Assembly: GCA_951406725.2 (NCBI GenBank)
Contig: OX597816.1
Coordinates: forward strand, 165,354,001-165,418,000
DNA: 64,000 nucleotides
From: Octopus vulgaris
Lineage: Eukaryota
Direction of reading: 5' to 3'
This document shows positions 11,598 to 24,768 of the stretch, in pieces. Each line of letters opens with the position of its first letter. Position 1 is the first letter of the stretch. Under the pieces are notes generated by a model. That model searched no databases. It was not told where the DNA came from and saw nothing but the letters and a program-made list of their open reading frames with translations. Made by a program: the position numbers and the translations under genes.

Positions 11598-11927
11598 TCA
11601 TCATCATCATTGTTTAACATCTGTTTTCCATGCTAGTATGGGTTGGACAGTTCAACCGGGTTATGGGAAGCCAGGAGGCTGTACCAGGCTCCAGTCTGAT
11701 CTGGTAATGTTTCTACAACTGGATGCCCTTCCTAATGCCAACCACTCCGTGAGTGTAGTGGGTGCTTTTGATATGCCACTGGTACAGGTGCCAGGGGAGG
11801 CTGGCAACAGCCACGATCGGCTGGTGCTTTCTACGTGCCACTGGCACGGAAGCCAGTCAAGGCAGCACGGGCATCGGCCACGTACAGATGGTGCTTTTTA
11901 CGTGCCATCGGAGGCTGGCAACGGCTA
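11598..11927 (-). mobile_element. RTE-type LINE 3' end
   Basis: Same core and (CAT)n tail as 2596-2848. Confidence 0.8.
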
Positions 11928-12861
11928 TATATAAATCTATATATAAAACACATTTCACACACACCTTTTACTCTGTCATTTATCTCTTCCTACTTCTCCT
12001 CCTCCTCCTCCTCGAATCACCTCCGTTTAAACTCCATCCCTCATTCTCCATCCTATCCGTATTACTTTTTGCTAGCTGCTCCCTTTCTGTGCCTCCAGTT
12101 ATCACTCGTTCTCCTGAGCTACATCTTAGATCCATCATACCTCGTCCTTAACATCACTCCTGTCTACTTTCTCAACACCCACTCACATTAACTATTAATG
12201 CCCTCAGCTACCTTTGTAACCCCACTAACCATTGCTACCCTCATGTCTCTTTGACCTCCATCCCAGCCACAATCCATCACCCTCCCTTCCACAAACAGGT
12301 GAGGGAAAGGGGCTGTACCCAAAAGGCTTCACTGCCCCTTAGTAACAGGTTAGGAAGAGACTGGAATCATAGACTTCAAAGGCTCTCACAAACACTTGAG
12401 CTCAACATGGCCACTGTCCCTTCTTGGTGGGTGGGTGAACACGGACATTCCAATAAAAGAAATTCCAGAAAGACAATGCTTTGAGAAAGATGGACAGGGT
12501 TTGTACACAACTTGACTTATGGGTAATAGTAGGAGGAGGAGAGGTAAGTGAGCCAGTAGTGCCAGAGTGGAGGGAGTAAAAAACCAGCTAGTTCTGAAAA
12601 GCAGACACCATTGTAGTAGGAACAGAAAATGAAGAGAGGGACAGAGAGTGAGAGAGGAGACACAGTATCTCTGTGAAAAAGGGGCTGGAGTGTATTGAGT
12701 GGATGACTTCATCCTAATAAATCCAGACTTTCATAAGCATTTTTTACCCCTTCTTTTTTTTGAAGTTTCAGATATATTTAATTATAAGAAAGTCTTGTTG
12801 CCAGTATCTTGGAATCTACTAGTTTCCTAACCAGTACAAGATCTATTACAACTACTATATT

Positions 12862-13503
12862 CTTTTCTACTCTAGGTACAAGGTCTGAAATTTTTGGGGA
12901 GGGAGCCAGTTGATTAGAGTGAACCCAGTATGAACTGGTACTTAATTTATCGACCCTGGAAGGATGAAAGGCTACGTTGACCTCTGAGGAATTTGAACTC
13001 AGAAGGTAAAGACAGACAAAATACCGCTAAGCATTTCGCCCAGCATGCTAATGTTTCTCACCACCTTAAAATATAATATTTTCTATTCTAGGAACAAGGC
13101 TCAAAATTTTTGGGGAGAGGGAGGGCAGTCAATTAGATTGACCCCAGTATGCCACTGGAGCTTAATTTATAGACACCAAAAGGATGAAAGGCAAAGTCGA
13201 CCTCGGCAGAATTTGAACTTAGAATGTAAAGACAGACAAAATACCACTAAGCGCTTCGCCTGGCGTGCTAACATATCTACCAACTCACCACCTTAAAATA
13301 TAATATTTTCTATTCTAGGCACAAGGCCCAAAGTGTTGGGGAGAGTGCCAGTCGATTAGATTCACTGGTACTTAATTTATCAACCCTGAAAAGATGAAAG
13401 GCAAAATCGACCTCGGCAGAATTTGAACTCAGAACGTAAAGACAGACAAAATATTGCTGATCATTTCACCCAGCATGCTAATGTTTCTGCCAGCTCACCA
13501 CCT
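12862..13503 (-). mobile_element. Head-to-tail trimer of SINE family C within one 18-bp direct repeat
   Basis: Three ~200-bp units; TATTACAACTACTATATT at 12844-12861 and 13504-13521. Confidence 0.8.
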
Positions 13504-13589
13504 TATTACAACTACTATATTATTAATTGCCACTAGTTCAATACTGAATCTCCTCAAAGGAATCAACCAAGGGGGAAGGACAAGAAATA

Positions 13590-13803
13590 TTGGCTTCAAA
13601 TTTTGGTACAAAGCCAGCAAGATCAGGGGAGGGGGATAAGGCAATGACATTGACCCTAATGTTCAACTGGTACTTATTTTATTGACCCTGGAAGGTCAAA
13701 GGGTGAAATTGACCTCAGCAAAATTTAAACATAGAATGTAAAGACAGATGAAATACTTCTAAGCATCTTTCCCAGAGTGCTAACGATTCTGCCAGCTTGC
13801 CAT
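13590..13803 (-). mobile_element. SINE family C
   Basis: Similar to the adjacent trimer units. Confidence 0.7.
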
Positions 13804-14607
13804 TAACAGAAATCAATCAAGAGAGAAGAATCAGAAATATTGATACTTTTTTATTAGTACCGAGTTTTTATTATTTTTTTTATATTTTATGTTTATGTAT
13901 GTTTCATTGGTACTTATGAATATGGATATGGAAGCTGCAGCAGATCTAGATGGTAAACATTCAATAGAAGTTATTATGGTGTCTGGAAATGAAAAAAAAA
14001 AAAATCCAATGTATGGAAGTGACTTTTTTTTCTTTATGTTGGATGAAAGATGATATGTGCCATGTCGAATATGAAAGAAGTTTTTCAATGTTGTTTGAAA
14101 GGTAACAACACTTCCCCTGTCTTCCTCTTCTAAACCAGTCCCGCAGTGAAGAGCTGCTAATTTCCCTTATAAGAAAATACTTTGAAGTTGTTCAAACCAA
14201 TGGAATAAATGATACACAGGAAACAGAAAGATATAATGATGATAATAATAATAATAATAATAATAGTCAATGTTTACAAAAAGCAGACATAGTGGAACTT
14301 CAAAGGTATGTGAGAAAGGGGAATAGCAAATCCATTCTTGGCAAGCTGATTGGTGTTTTCATTTTGTTTATTTTTTTTTATACTTATTTTAGTCATTGGT
14401 CTGCAGCTATGCTGGGCTCATCTTGAAGGGTTTTAGTCAAACAAATGATCCCAGTAGTTACGTTTTTTTTTGTCTTTTCTAAGTTCGGTACTTAATTTCC
14501 TTGGTCACTTGTGCCAAACTGCTACATTATGCAGATGTAAACAAACCAACACCAGTTATCAAGTGGTGGTGTAAAATCACAGACTTATACATACAAATCC
14601 TCATCAG

Positions 14608-15020
14608 GCGGAGGAGTGGCTGTGTGCACAGGCATAAGAGTGGCTGTGTGGTAAGTAGCTTGATACGAACCACATGGTTCCGGTTCAGTCCCACTGTGTG
14701 GCACATTGGGTGTCTTCTACTATAGCCTCGGGCTGACCAAAGCTTTGTGAGTGGATTTGGTAGACGGAAGCTGAAAGAAGCCCGTCGTATATATGTATAT
14801 ATGTGTGTGTCTATGCTTGTGTGTCTGTGTTTGTCCCCCAACATCGCTTGACAACCGATGCTGGTGTGTTTACGTCCTCGTAACTTAGCGGTTCGGCAAA
14901 AGGGACTGATAGAATAAGTACTAGGCTTACAAAGAATAAGTCCTGGGGTCGATTTGCTCGACTAAAAAGTGGTGCTCCAGCATGGCCACAGTCAAATGAC
15001 TGAAACAAGTAAAAGAGTAT
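14608..15020 (+). mobile_element. SINE family B, full length, with duplicated head
   Basis: A and B boxes, central TA/TG microsatellite, GAAACAAGTAAAAGAGT tail; GAGTGGCTGTGTG occurs twice at the 5' end. Confidence 0.85.
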
Positions 15021-16290
15021 TTAACATCCATTTTTCCTGATTGCATGGGTTGGGTTTTTTGACAAGATCCAGCGAGTCACAGAGCAATGGAGAGTTCCAG
15101 TGTCAACTTGTGTGTGGTTCCTACCATTAGATGGTCTTCCTTAAACCAAACACTTTACAGGGTGAACTGAGAGCACTTTCTGCGCAACCAGCACCAGTGA
15201 GGTGACCAGATAACTTGCCAGATGAGAAAAAGGGAAAGGCAAAAAGCTCCTGTTACTAGTATTTGAGAAGGAAGGGGTTAGCTTTATGCCTGGTGTTGAA
15301 AGGCTAAACTGTGATAGAGGGACAAGCACAGATGTCCTGCTTCAGAGGGGATAAATGGCTACCCCACATTATATGAAAGGTGGGTGGGAGTAGCTGAGAA
15401 GGAGATAAAGACAATAGTGTTGGAGTGCCAAAGCACACTCTCAAAGTACAAGAAGGTGAACTTATGAGAGAGGACAGAGAAGGGGTCAGAGTAGGGGAGA
15501 AGAAAGAGGGTATTTTCATGAGGGTGTGAATGATAGAAGAGGGGTAAGGCCAGAGAGATAGACGTGGTTCAGGAAGGACAGATCAGAAGGTATGGGCATA
15601 ATGTGCAAAGAGTAGGAGTAGTAGGGAAGGGGATGTAAGGGTACAAAAGGGTCGCTCCAGTGAGCAGGGAATAATGGAAAATATGAGAGGATGCTGAGAA
15701 AGGATTTGATTGGGAGATACTGTGATTAGTTGAAATTGTTAGAGTATTGGATAACAAGCCTTGCGGTATTTGTTCGGTGAGTCTCCACACCTTGTGTTCT
15801 AATCCCATCAAGGTCAACTTTGCTGTTTATACTTCATGACTCAATAAAGTACCAATCCATGCTGGGGTCAATTCCACTTCTTTTTCTTTCTTTCTAGGTA
15901 AAATAACCTCTATTCAGACCTGGAAAGGGATGGACCCTGTTGTTTAAATGCCAAAGACACATGATATGTCACAATGGAGCCCCTTATGATTCCATTAATA
16001 GTTGAAGGTTCGAGGAAGAAAGAATTAATGTTGTTGAGAAAAACTTCAAGATCACAACTCTTGATTTATTTTTCTCATAAATAGACACAACACATCAACA
16101 TTGTTGTCATTGTAAAGTCCAATTTTATATGATTGCACAGGTGACTGAGTTCACCAAGGCATATTATCTACAACTGGATACCCTTACTGTTGCCAACCCT
16201 CACCTGTTTCTGAGTAAGGTAATATTTCTCCATGACCAGACATGCTTTTGCAGAATATTGGAAAGACACATTTGTATGACAGTAACACTC

Positions 16291-16520
16291 AGGATACTAA
16301 AGCAAGGACACACACACACACAGGATATCGAAGCAAGAACAGATACACACATACAGGATACCAAAGCAAGAACAGCCATACACACACACACAGGATATCA
16401 AAGCAAGATCAGACACATACATACAGGATATCAAAGCAAGATCAGACACACACACACAGGATATCAAAGCAAGATCAGACACACACATAGGATACCAAAG
16501 CAAAGACAGACAGACAGACA
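16291..16520. repeat. Minisatellite, ~32-bp unit AGGATATCAAAGCAAGATCAGA(CA)n, 7 copies
   Basis: Directly visible; lies inside a minus-strand SINE. Confidence 0.9.
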
Positions 16521-17632
16521 CACACACACACACGCACATTCATTCATATACACACACACACAACAGGTTTATTTCGGTTTCCATCCAGCAAATCCACTCA
16601 CTGAGTTATTGTTGATTATGGATTAGATAGATGGCAGTAGACCAAGGTACCACACAGAGGGTCCGAACCAAAAACCATGCAGTCCAGAAGCAAACTATTA
16701 AAATTCAATTCCTATATAATGAAACAATAAAGAAAAAAACTATACTGGTGGCACAAAAAAAAAAAAAGTCACTGAATACATTCTGTAAAGTTGTTGGCAT
16801 TAAGAAAGGCATCCAACCATAGAAAAGATTCTAAAGCTCACATCAGAGTTCAATCCAGTCCCGTGACTTGCCAGATCCTTGTCAAACCATCCAACCTGCA
16901 CCAGCATGGAAAATGGATGTTAAATAATCATGGAAACGATGAGCATTCCATCTTGTTCTATTTAGCAAATGTTATCAAGCCGATCTTTAGCTGCCACATC
17001 ACAGACTATCAGTAGATCGGATCAGTTCTGCACGGAGCTTTTTAATTCACTATCCATCACACACAAGAGAAATAAAACAAGTTCTTGTCAGACAGATGAA
17101 GTTCATGAAACAATAACAAAATCGTAGTTATTGACATAAATGGAGTAACATTCTATCAAATAGATCCAAACAGATAAGGGAAAAAAAAAAAAATCAACAG
17201 ACGAAGTGGTTTTTTTTTTTATATTCTGTTTTCATTGGTTGTTAACAAGAGTTAAGAAAACCGGCGACCTCTATATGATAGAGCGCAAATAGAGCTGACT
17301 GGTGCTGTTCAACAACAAAATCAATATATTCACATAAAAATCAAAAGACAAAGTAAGGCAAAGAGATAGAGTTACTAATGGTATTAAAGCTTTTAAAATA
17401 TTTAGTTTGAATGATAGATGAGAGGCAGGGGGGGGGACCTTCACCAACCATTCACATTATGTGTGTATGTATGTGCTTGCATGTATATAAGTGTATAGGT
17501 GTGTGTGTATGCATATACATATGTATTTTATGTCATGTGTATAAAGGTATCAATGATGGAGTATATTTGAAAGAACAGAAAGAAGAGACAACAGGGTCCC
17601 AGACAATGCAACAAATGTTATCTACATCATTG

Positions 17633-17860
17633 TCATCATCGTTTAACGCCTGCTTTCCATGCTGGCATGGGTTGGACGGGTTTGACTGAGGGCTGGTAAG
17701 CCAGAAGGCTGCACCAAATTCCAATCCAATCTGGCAGTGTTTCTACAGCTGGATGCCCTTCATAATGCCAACCACTCTGAGAGTGTAGTGGGTGCTTATG
17801 TGTCACCGGCACAGGACCAGTCAGCTGGTACTGGCATCGACCACGCTTGAATGGTGCTAA
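17633..17860 (-). mobile_element. RTE-type LINE 3' end
   Basis: Family core sequence and (CAT)n tail. Confidence 0.8.
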
Positions 17861-17956
17861 TAACAAAAAGACAAAAAAAAAAAACTATTCATGCAACATA
17901 GCATTTCATTCACACACACATGTATCTATGTAAACCAAGAAGTAATAACAATAACT

Positions 17957-18330
17957 ATTTCAAATTTTGTCACAAGGCCAGCAATTTCAAGGGAGGGGGG
18001 CAAGTCAATTACAGTGCCCCCAGTGCTCAACTGGGACTCATTCTATCGACCCCGAAAGGATGAAAGGCAAAGTCGACCTTGGCAGAATTTGAACTCAGAA
18101 CATGGAGACAAATGAAGAAATAAGGTTAATTTCTGTTATAGTCACAAGGTCTGGAATTTTGAGTGAATTAGTTGGTCGATTACAACACTCCCCACCAGTG
18201 GTCAACTGGGACTTATTTCATCTTGTAAGGATGAAAGGTAAAGCTGACCTTGGCAAAGTTTGAACTTAAAATGTAAAGACAAAATGCTGCTAAGCATTTT
18301 GACAAGTGGGTTAGTGATTCTGCCAGCTCC
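17957..18330 (-). mobile_element. Two SINE family C copies
   Basis: Repeated GGATGAAAGG.AAAG..GACCTTGGCA.A.TTTGAACT motif. Confidence 0.65.
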
Positions 18331-19026
18331 CTGTAATAATAATAATGATAATTCCAAATTCTTGCACAAGGCTATTAATTTTGAAGGGGGGAATGGGTGA
18401 GTTGATTACATCAACTGTGTGTGTGTGTGTGTGTGTGCGCGCACATGCACATTTTTGTGTCTTGTTATGACATCACATGATGGTCATAAATAAGTGTCAC
18501 TCACCTCCAGTAGTTTGCAAAAACATGTCTGGCCAAGGGGAAATATTACCTTGCTGGGAAACAGGTGAAGGTTGGTGACAGGAAAAACATTCAACCACAA
18601 AGAAAAAAATCTGCCTCAATGCATTCCATTATTCAATCTATGCATGCACAGTAAAGTGGATGTTAAAATGATGTGCATACATACAAGCACCACCATTATC
18701 AATTTGGAGTTTAGTCAGCTCAGCAATGCTCTATAGATAACCAGCAGGAAAACAATGATTCTTAGTGCAACACACAACCTTCAAATATCTTTTGTTTTTT
18801 GTTTTTTCTTTTTTTTTCCACCAAACTGCTGCCAGACTTCTCCCTCCACCTCTCTAAAGATGATCTATACTAATTCCACAAAATTCACAACAAACATAGC
18901 TCTTCGGGGACAGCCATTCCATTTACTGTTGTATATCTATCTATCTATCTGTATATTTGAAGTGTATTCCATTAGGAACAAATTAGAGTACAAAATAGAG
19001 CTCATTTGCCCTTAGAATTACCAAAT

Positions 19027-19350
19027 TTTTTATTTATCTATGTGTCCTTTTCAAGCCTAGCCAGGAACATGGACTCGGTTTCCCAGTTTTTGTGGCATAT
19101 GTGTTCCCCCCAGCTGGACGGGATACCAGTCCATCGCAGCGTTACTCAAGAAACAGGAAAAGAGAGTGAGAGAAAGTTGGGGCGAAAGAGTACAACAGGG
19201 GTCGCCACCACCCCCTACCGGCCACATGGAGCTGTTTAGGTGTTTTCGCTCAATAAACACCAAAAAAAAAAAACCCCGGTCTAGGAATTGAAACCGTGAG
19301 CCTCCGACTGCAAGTCCGCTGCCCTAACCACTGGGCCATTGCACCTCCAC
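19027..19350 (-). mobile_element. tRNA-derived SINE (family D1 head, alternative tail W) with 13-bp TSD
   Basis: TSD AGAATTACCAAAT at 19014-19026 and 19351-19363; A box TGGCCCAGTGG, B-box-like GGTTTCAATTCC. Confidence 0.85.
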
Positions 19351-20513
19351 AGAATTACCAAATAGCTGATAGTATTTGAAGTCTAGGCTTAGGCATTCAT
19401 GTGTGAAAAATATTTGAATAGTCAACAGGAAGGAAACACAAGTAGTGTTTATTAAATAGCTGTCTAAACGTACTCCTTCCTGTTAGGTCTATTCAATTTT
19501 TACCTATCTGTATAGATATATCAAAACAGGAAGTTGAACAAATTCTTTGGTATTATTCATTTACCATTACACAGGAGTCATTTGATTCTCTTTCTGAAGG
19601 ACTTCTAATAGGAAATTTCTTACATGCTTGTCTGACATGTACAATTTTGTAATTCCTAACAGCAAAATAAACATGTGTAATGGTGAACAAATAATATACA
19701 AAAACAATTTTGCCAACTTCCTGTTTTGATATACAATTACCAACCTATGCCATCTAATATGACATGGCCCAAAGTTTGGTTAGGTCCTTGCAAATTCTTC
19801 ATTCTCTACATTAACCACTACTTGTAGTGGCCCTTATTCACACACACAGACTTTACAGATTACTACTTATTTGATTATCTTTCTGAAGGACTTCTAATAG
19901 GAAATTTCTTACATGCTTGTCTGACATGTACAATTTTGTGATTCCTAATAGCAAACGAAACATGTGTAATGGTGAACAAATAATATACCAAAACAATTTT
20001 GCCAACTTCCTGTTTTGATATACAATTATTGCGCAAACAATATTTCCAGAATTTCCAACTAATTCATACCTCGCATAAATATAACTACATACTGGATTGT
20101 AATACTGGAATATACATATGTGCTTCAACAGGACACAACCTAGATAGATATAAATACACATACAATGGGTGACAAAATGCCAATAAAAGCACAGAATAGA
20201 TAAGCATCAGATTAATGTTGGAACTTATAGCTTATATTGATTTCTGTATCAAACTTATGAGTTAATACCAATATTTGGCTTTTTGCTATGTTGTGTTGCA
20301 TCATTAAGTACACCTGGTTGCATAATGCATATTATTGCATCCACTAGTCACTGAATTGTCGAAACAGGTGTTAAGATTTATCAAGGACTATCATTTTTCT
20401 TTGTAATTACATTTCGATAACACTTTTATAAACGTTTTGATTCCAATGCATAAATCCTTGTCCATCTTTTATTGTTTTATCATATATATATGTACACACA
20501 CACACACTCACAC

Positions 20514-20690
20514 TAATATTTAGCAGAATCAACAGAGTAACTCAAGGCTTGAGAGTTTCATGTGTTAGTACTTATCAAGTGCCAACGTACAAAACTCTCA
20601 AACCTTGAGTCACCCTGTTGCTTCTGATAAATATTAATAAAAATATACATATATATTCATATTTTGAGTTCTATTTTTCCTGTTTGCACC
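20514..20690. mobile_element. Degenerate fold-back element with hammerhead-like remnant (probable Penelope-like terminus)
   Basis: 20514-20636 is self-complementary about ~20575; partial stem II, GAAA, CTC..GAG-TC. Confidence 0.5.
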
Positions 20691-20692
20691 AA

Positions 20693-21070
20693 CATCATCA
20701 TCATCGTTTAACGTTCGTTTTCCATGCTAGCATGGGTTGGACCATTCGACCGATGTCTGGGAAGCCAGGAGGCTGCACCAGGCTCCAGTCTGATCTGGCA
20801 GTGTTTCTACAGCTGGATGCCCTTCCTAACACCAACCACTCTGTGAGTGTAGTGGGTGCTTTTTACGTGCCACCGGCACAAGTATCACAACTACAATTTC
20901 CATTTGATATTTATTTTGATGTTGATGTATTTGACTCAATAGGTCTCCTCAAGCACAGCAGGTCATGTACCACTGGCACAGAAGCCAGTCAAGGCGGCGC
21001 TGGCATCGGCCACGTTTGGATGGTGCTTTTTACGTGCTGCCGGCACAGGTATCATAACTACAATTTCCAT
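20693..21070 (-). mobile_element. RTE-type LINE 3' end
   Basis: Family core and (CAT)n tail. Confidence 0.8.
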
Positions 21071-21674
21071 GCACACACACATTAAATTATATATTATATA
21101 TATTATAGTGTTATGAGTCCATGGAAAAATTGTCTTCTATGAAGATAATCTGTAGTAGGATCTGCTTTAGTAGATTTGTTCTAATTTGTCATTTAACCTT
21201 GAGATATTCAGATACAATATTTAACCCACTCTTTATATTATTAGCAAAAGTCTACGACTGTAGCTCACAGAAGAATCTTCAAAGAATCCTTCAGAATTAT
21301 TTCAACTGAAACTTTAGTATCACATCATTTCATTACAGACTATGCTGACAGAGGTCTCCAACCTATGCCATCTAATATGACATGGCCCAAAGTTTGGTTA
21401 GGTCCTTGCAAATTCTTCATTCTCTACATTAACCATTACTTGCAGTGGCCCCTATTCACACACAGGCTTATACAGATTACTACTTATTTGTATTTGTGGT
21501 GGCATTCACCTAAGAGGGGGTTGAGCTCTCTCTGACCACTGAGTTCATCAAATCAATCATGACACGAGTTTCATAAGACAATATGAGTGGGATTCCACCT
21601 CATATGCACAGTGTGATCCTTAACAGCAAATCTTGTTGCTGATGGTCAACTATCAGAGAGGATTTGGTGACCAA

Positions 21675-22220
21675 GGCAGAGGAGTGGCTGTGTGGTAAGA
21701 AGCTTGTCTCCCAACCACATGTTTCTGGGTTCAGTCCCACTGCATGGCACCTTGGGCAAGTGTCTTCTCCTATAGCCTCAGACCAATTAAAGCCTTATGA
21801 GTGGATTTAGTAGACAGAAATTGAAAGAAGCCCATCGTATATATCATCATCATCGTTTAACGTCCGTTCTCCATGCTAGCATGGGTTGGACGGTTCGACC
21901 GGGGATCTGGGAAGCCAGAAGGCTGCACCAGGCTCCAGTCTTATCTGGCAATGTTTCTACAGCTGGATGCCCTTCCTAACGCCAACCACTCCGTGAGTGT
22001 AGTGGGTGCTTATTTATATGTATGTATTTGTGTGCTTGTATCTGCCCCACCCCTATTGCTTGATAACTGATGTTGGTGTGTTTACATCTCTGGTTCAGCA
22101 AAAGAGACCAATAGAATAGGTACTAGACTTACTAAGAATAAGTCCTGAGGTTGATTTGTTCTACTAAAAGGCAGTGCTCCAGTATGGCAACAGTCAAATG
22201 ACTGAAACAAGTAAAAGAAC
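21675..22220 (+). mobile_element. SINE family B interrupted by an antisense RTE 3' end (21844-22010)
   Basis: SINE head at 21675-21843 and SINE tail at ~22015-22220 flank the RTE core. Confidence 0.8.
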
Positions 22221-23988
22221 AAGTCAATGCTGATTATCAGAGCAGACATAACCTGGTTTCATACAGATGACACCAACATTTCAAGCTGTCTCCATCAGCA
22301 GTACACATGTCTCTTTGTATGCACCTACCTAAACACTCCACATCAGACAGGAAACCAATCCCATGGTTAGAGACAGTATAAACGTCCTCCATAAGTTCGA
22401 CTCTCCAGGATTCTCTCTACCAATATTTTCTCTTGCAGATATTAATCTACCCAAGTTCTACACAACTTTCTTTTAGTAACCTGGAAAAATAAATAGATGC
22501 CCTCTTCTTAGAGCTAATTAAAATTTAAATGACAACAACATCATCATTTAATGTCCATTTTCCATGCTGGCAAGGCTGGAGATCTGCACCAGGCTCTTGT
22601 CATCTGTTTAAGCATGGCTTCTACAGTTGGATGCACTTCTTAATGCCAACTACTTTACAGAGTGAACTGGGTACTGTTTTCATGGCACCAGCAAAGGTTT
22701 ATATTAACATATATTATTTCCTTAATTACTATTTTTTTTTTAGGCAAAACAGAATAACTAGTGACAATAACTGGGTACAGATACAAAACCGCTAGTAACC
22801 TAATGTGTACAATGATGCATGGGACAAGGAGTGGGTAGAGACCCCTTGCCTTAAAGAAACAAGGAACAAATCTATTTTTCTCTGTGTATCATGATACGAG
22901 TTGCACAAGCGACATAATACTAGAAGGTCCTACCTAAATCACACGCATTCACTCATTATGCCAAACTGAAATGATATATGTACAAACACCAAAATGAGTG
23001 TATGAATATCAAAGTGTTTATTTTTACTTTGCTACATTGTAAAATAGACATTAGTAGAATACCAAAATTTACATTTTCAACAAATTTGTACTACATGTTC
23101 ATTCATCCAATGTCTCTTTTTCCATGTTAGAATGGTTCATATATATCTTATACATTACCGCTTCATGTTCAATGATGATATGTTAAAATGTTTTAACATG
23201 AAAATTAAATGGCAATCTATGATTTTGTAATAGTTCTTCGTCCCCAACCCTTGAGTGTTTAATTTTCTTCTTTAAAATTCAAAATGAAATATTCATTATC
23301 ACAACAACAACAACTTACAGTACCCATTTACCCTAACAATTTAGAGGATTTCTCTAGAAACTTCAAGAGGCAATGATTATTATTCTACCTTAATGGGATG
23401 GCAATATTGAATAAAACCATTCAGGATTTTATTAACGATTTCAGAGATAATTAACGAAGAATTTTACAACAGCAGTTGAAATTATTTTGTGGATTTCCCA
23501 CTTAATATTTATACTGATTTCTTAATTATCTTCATTCTACATCCAATTACACAAAATAACCCATATTTATGATTATTTGTGTGTGTGTGTATATAACTAC
23601 ATGATGTGAAGTCTTAATTTAAACTGAGACATTTTAATGAATCTAGAGATAATGAAATACCTATGTTATTTAAAATAACGAAGAAACATATTTCTTTTCT
23701 TTAGATGGAATTTTTCTCTTTATAAAAAAAAAAAGAAATAATGGGGGGAAAAAATGGTTAATGGATAATATAACAGTAAAAGAGATTTCATGCTTGTTTC
23801 TCTAAGCAGACATTGATTAAGCTTCCTGATGAAAGACAGAGAAAAGAGGAGAGGAATATAAAAGTGAGAAGGTGTTTTTATTGTTACATAAAGCACAGCT
23901 GTGAAGAAAAAGAGCAAAGCTGTATAGCAATAACTTAACAGCACTGTTTACAGCAGCAGATAAGGAAAATGGACATTCAGAGACAATG

Positions 23989-24054
23989 TGTAGTGAAAGA
24001 TAACCATGTAAACACCCACTACCTATACATATACTTTCATACAGTGTATATATA

Positions 24055-24096
<42 letters not shown>

Positions 24097-24149
24097 CATA
24101 TACATATATACATATATATATACATTATATATATATATATATACATATA

Positions 24150-24182
<33 letters not shown>

Positions 24183-24323
24183 ACACATATACATATACAT
24201 ATATACATATATATATACATATATATATATACATATATACATATATATATATACATATATATATATACAATATATATACATATACATATATACATATACA
24301 TATATACATATACATATATATAC

Positions 24324-24358
<35 letters not shown>

Positions 24359-24360
24359 TG

Positions 24361-24410
<50 letters not shown>

Positions 24411-24522
24411 TATACATGTATATATATATATATATATATACACATATATATATACATATATATACACTGTATGAAAGTATATGTATAGGTTGTGGGTGTT
24501 TACATGGTTATCTTTCACTACA
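23989..24522. repeat. ~400-bp (TA)/(TACA) microsatellite bracketed by a ~62-bp inverted duplication
   Basis: 23989-24050 is the reverse complement of ~24461-24522 with 1 mismatch. Confidence 0.9.
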
Positions 24523-24725
24523 TACATACATTATACATTCATATTATATACATACACATACATACATACATACATAGAGAGAGAGCATTCTTTAAGTGCA
24601 CAAGACATCTATCCACCTATCTATTTTTACACACATAAGTGTGTGTGTGTGTGTATATATGTCAGTGAGTGTGCAAGATATTTATCCACATATATCTATA
24701 TACCTATCTATCTTTACACACACGC

Positions 24726-24768
<43 letters not shown>

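Larger units (their letters stand above)
19580..21490. repeat. Local duplication A-B-A'-X-B'
   Basis: 19580-19739 matches 19869-20028; 19740-19873 matches 21358-21490. Confidence 0.9.

Noticed and set aside
16995-17040. Minus-strand RSTDS as the missing upstream IRBIT exon
   Set aside because: Followed by L and a stop, with no phase-1 donor.
22330-22481. Minus-strand AG...GT segment with MEDVYTVSNHGIGFLSDVECL ending in phase 1
   Set aside because: The adjacent plus-strand sequence has LINE endonuclease-like remnants (SLYAPT), so the splice signals are probably chance. Not excluded without RNA data.
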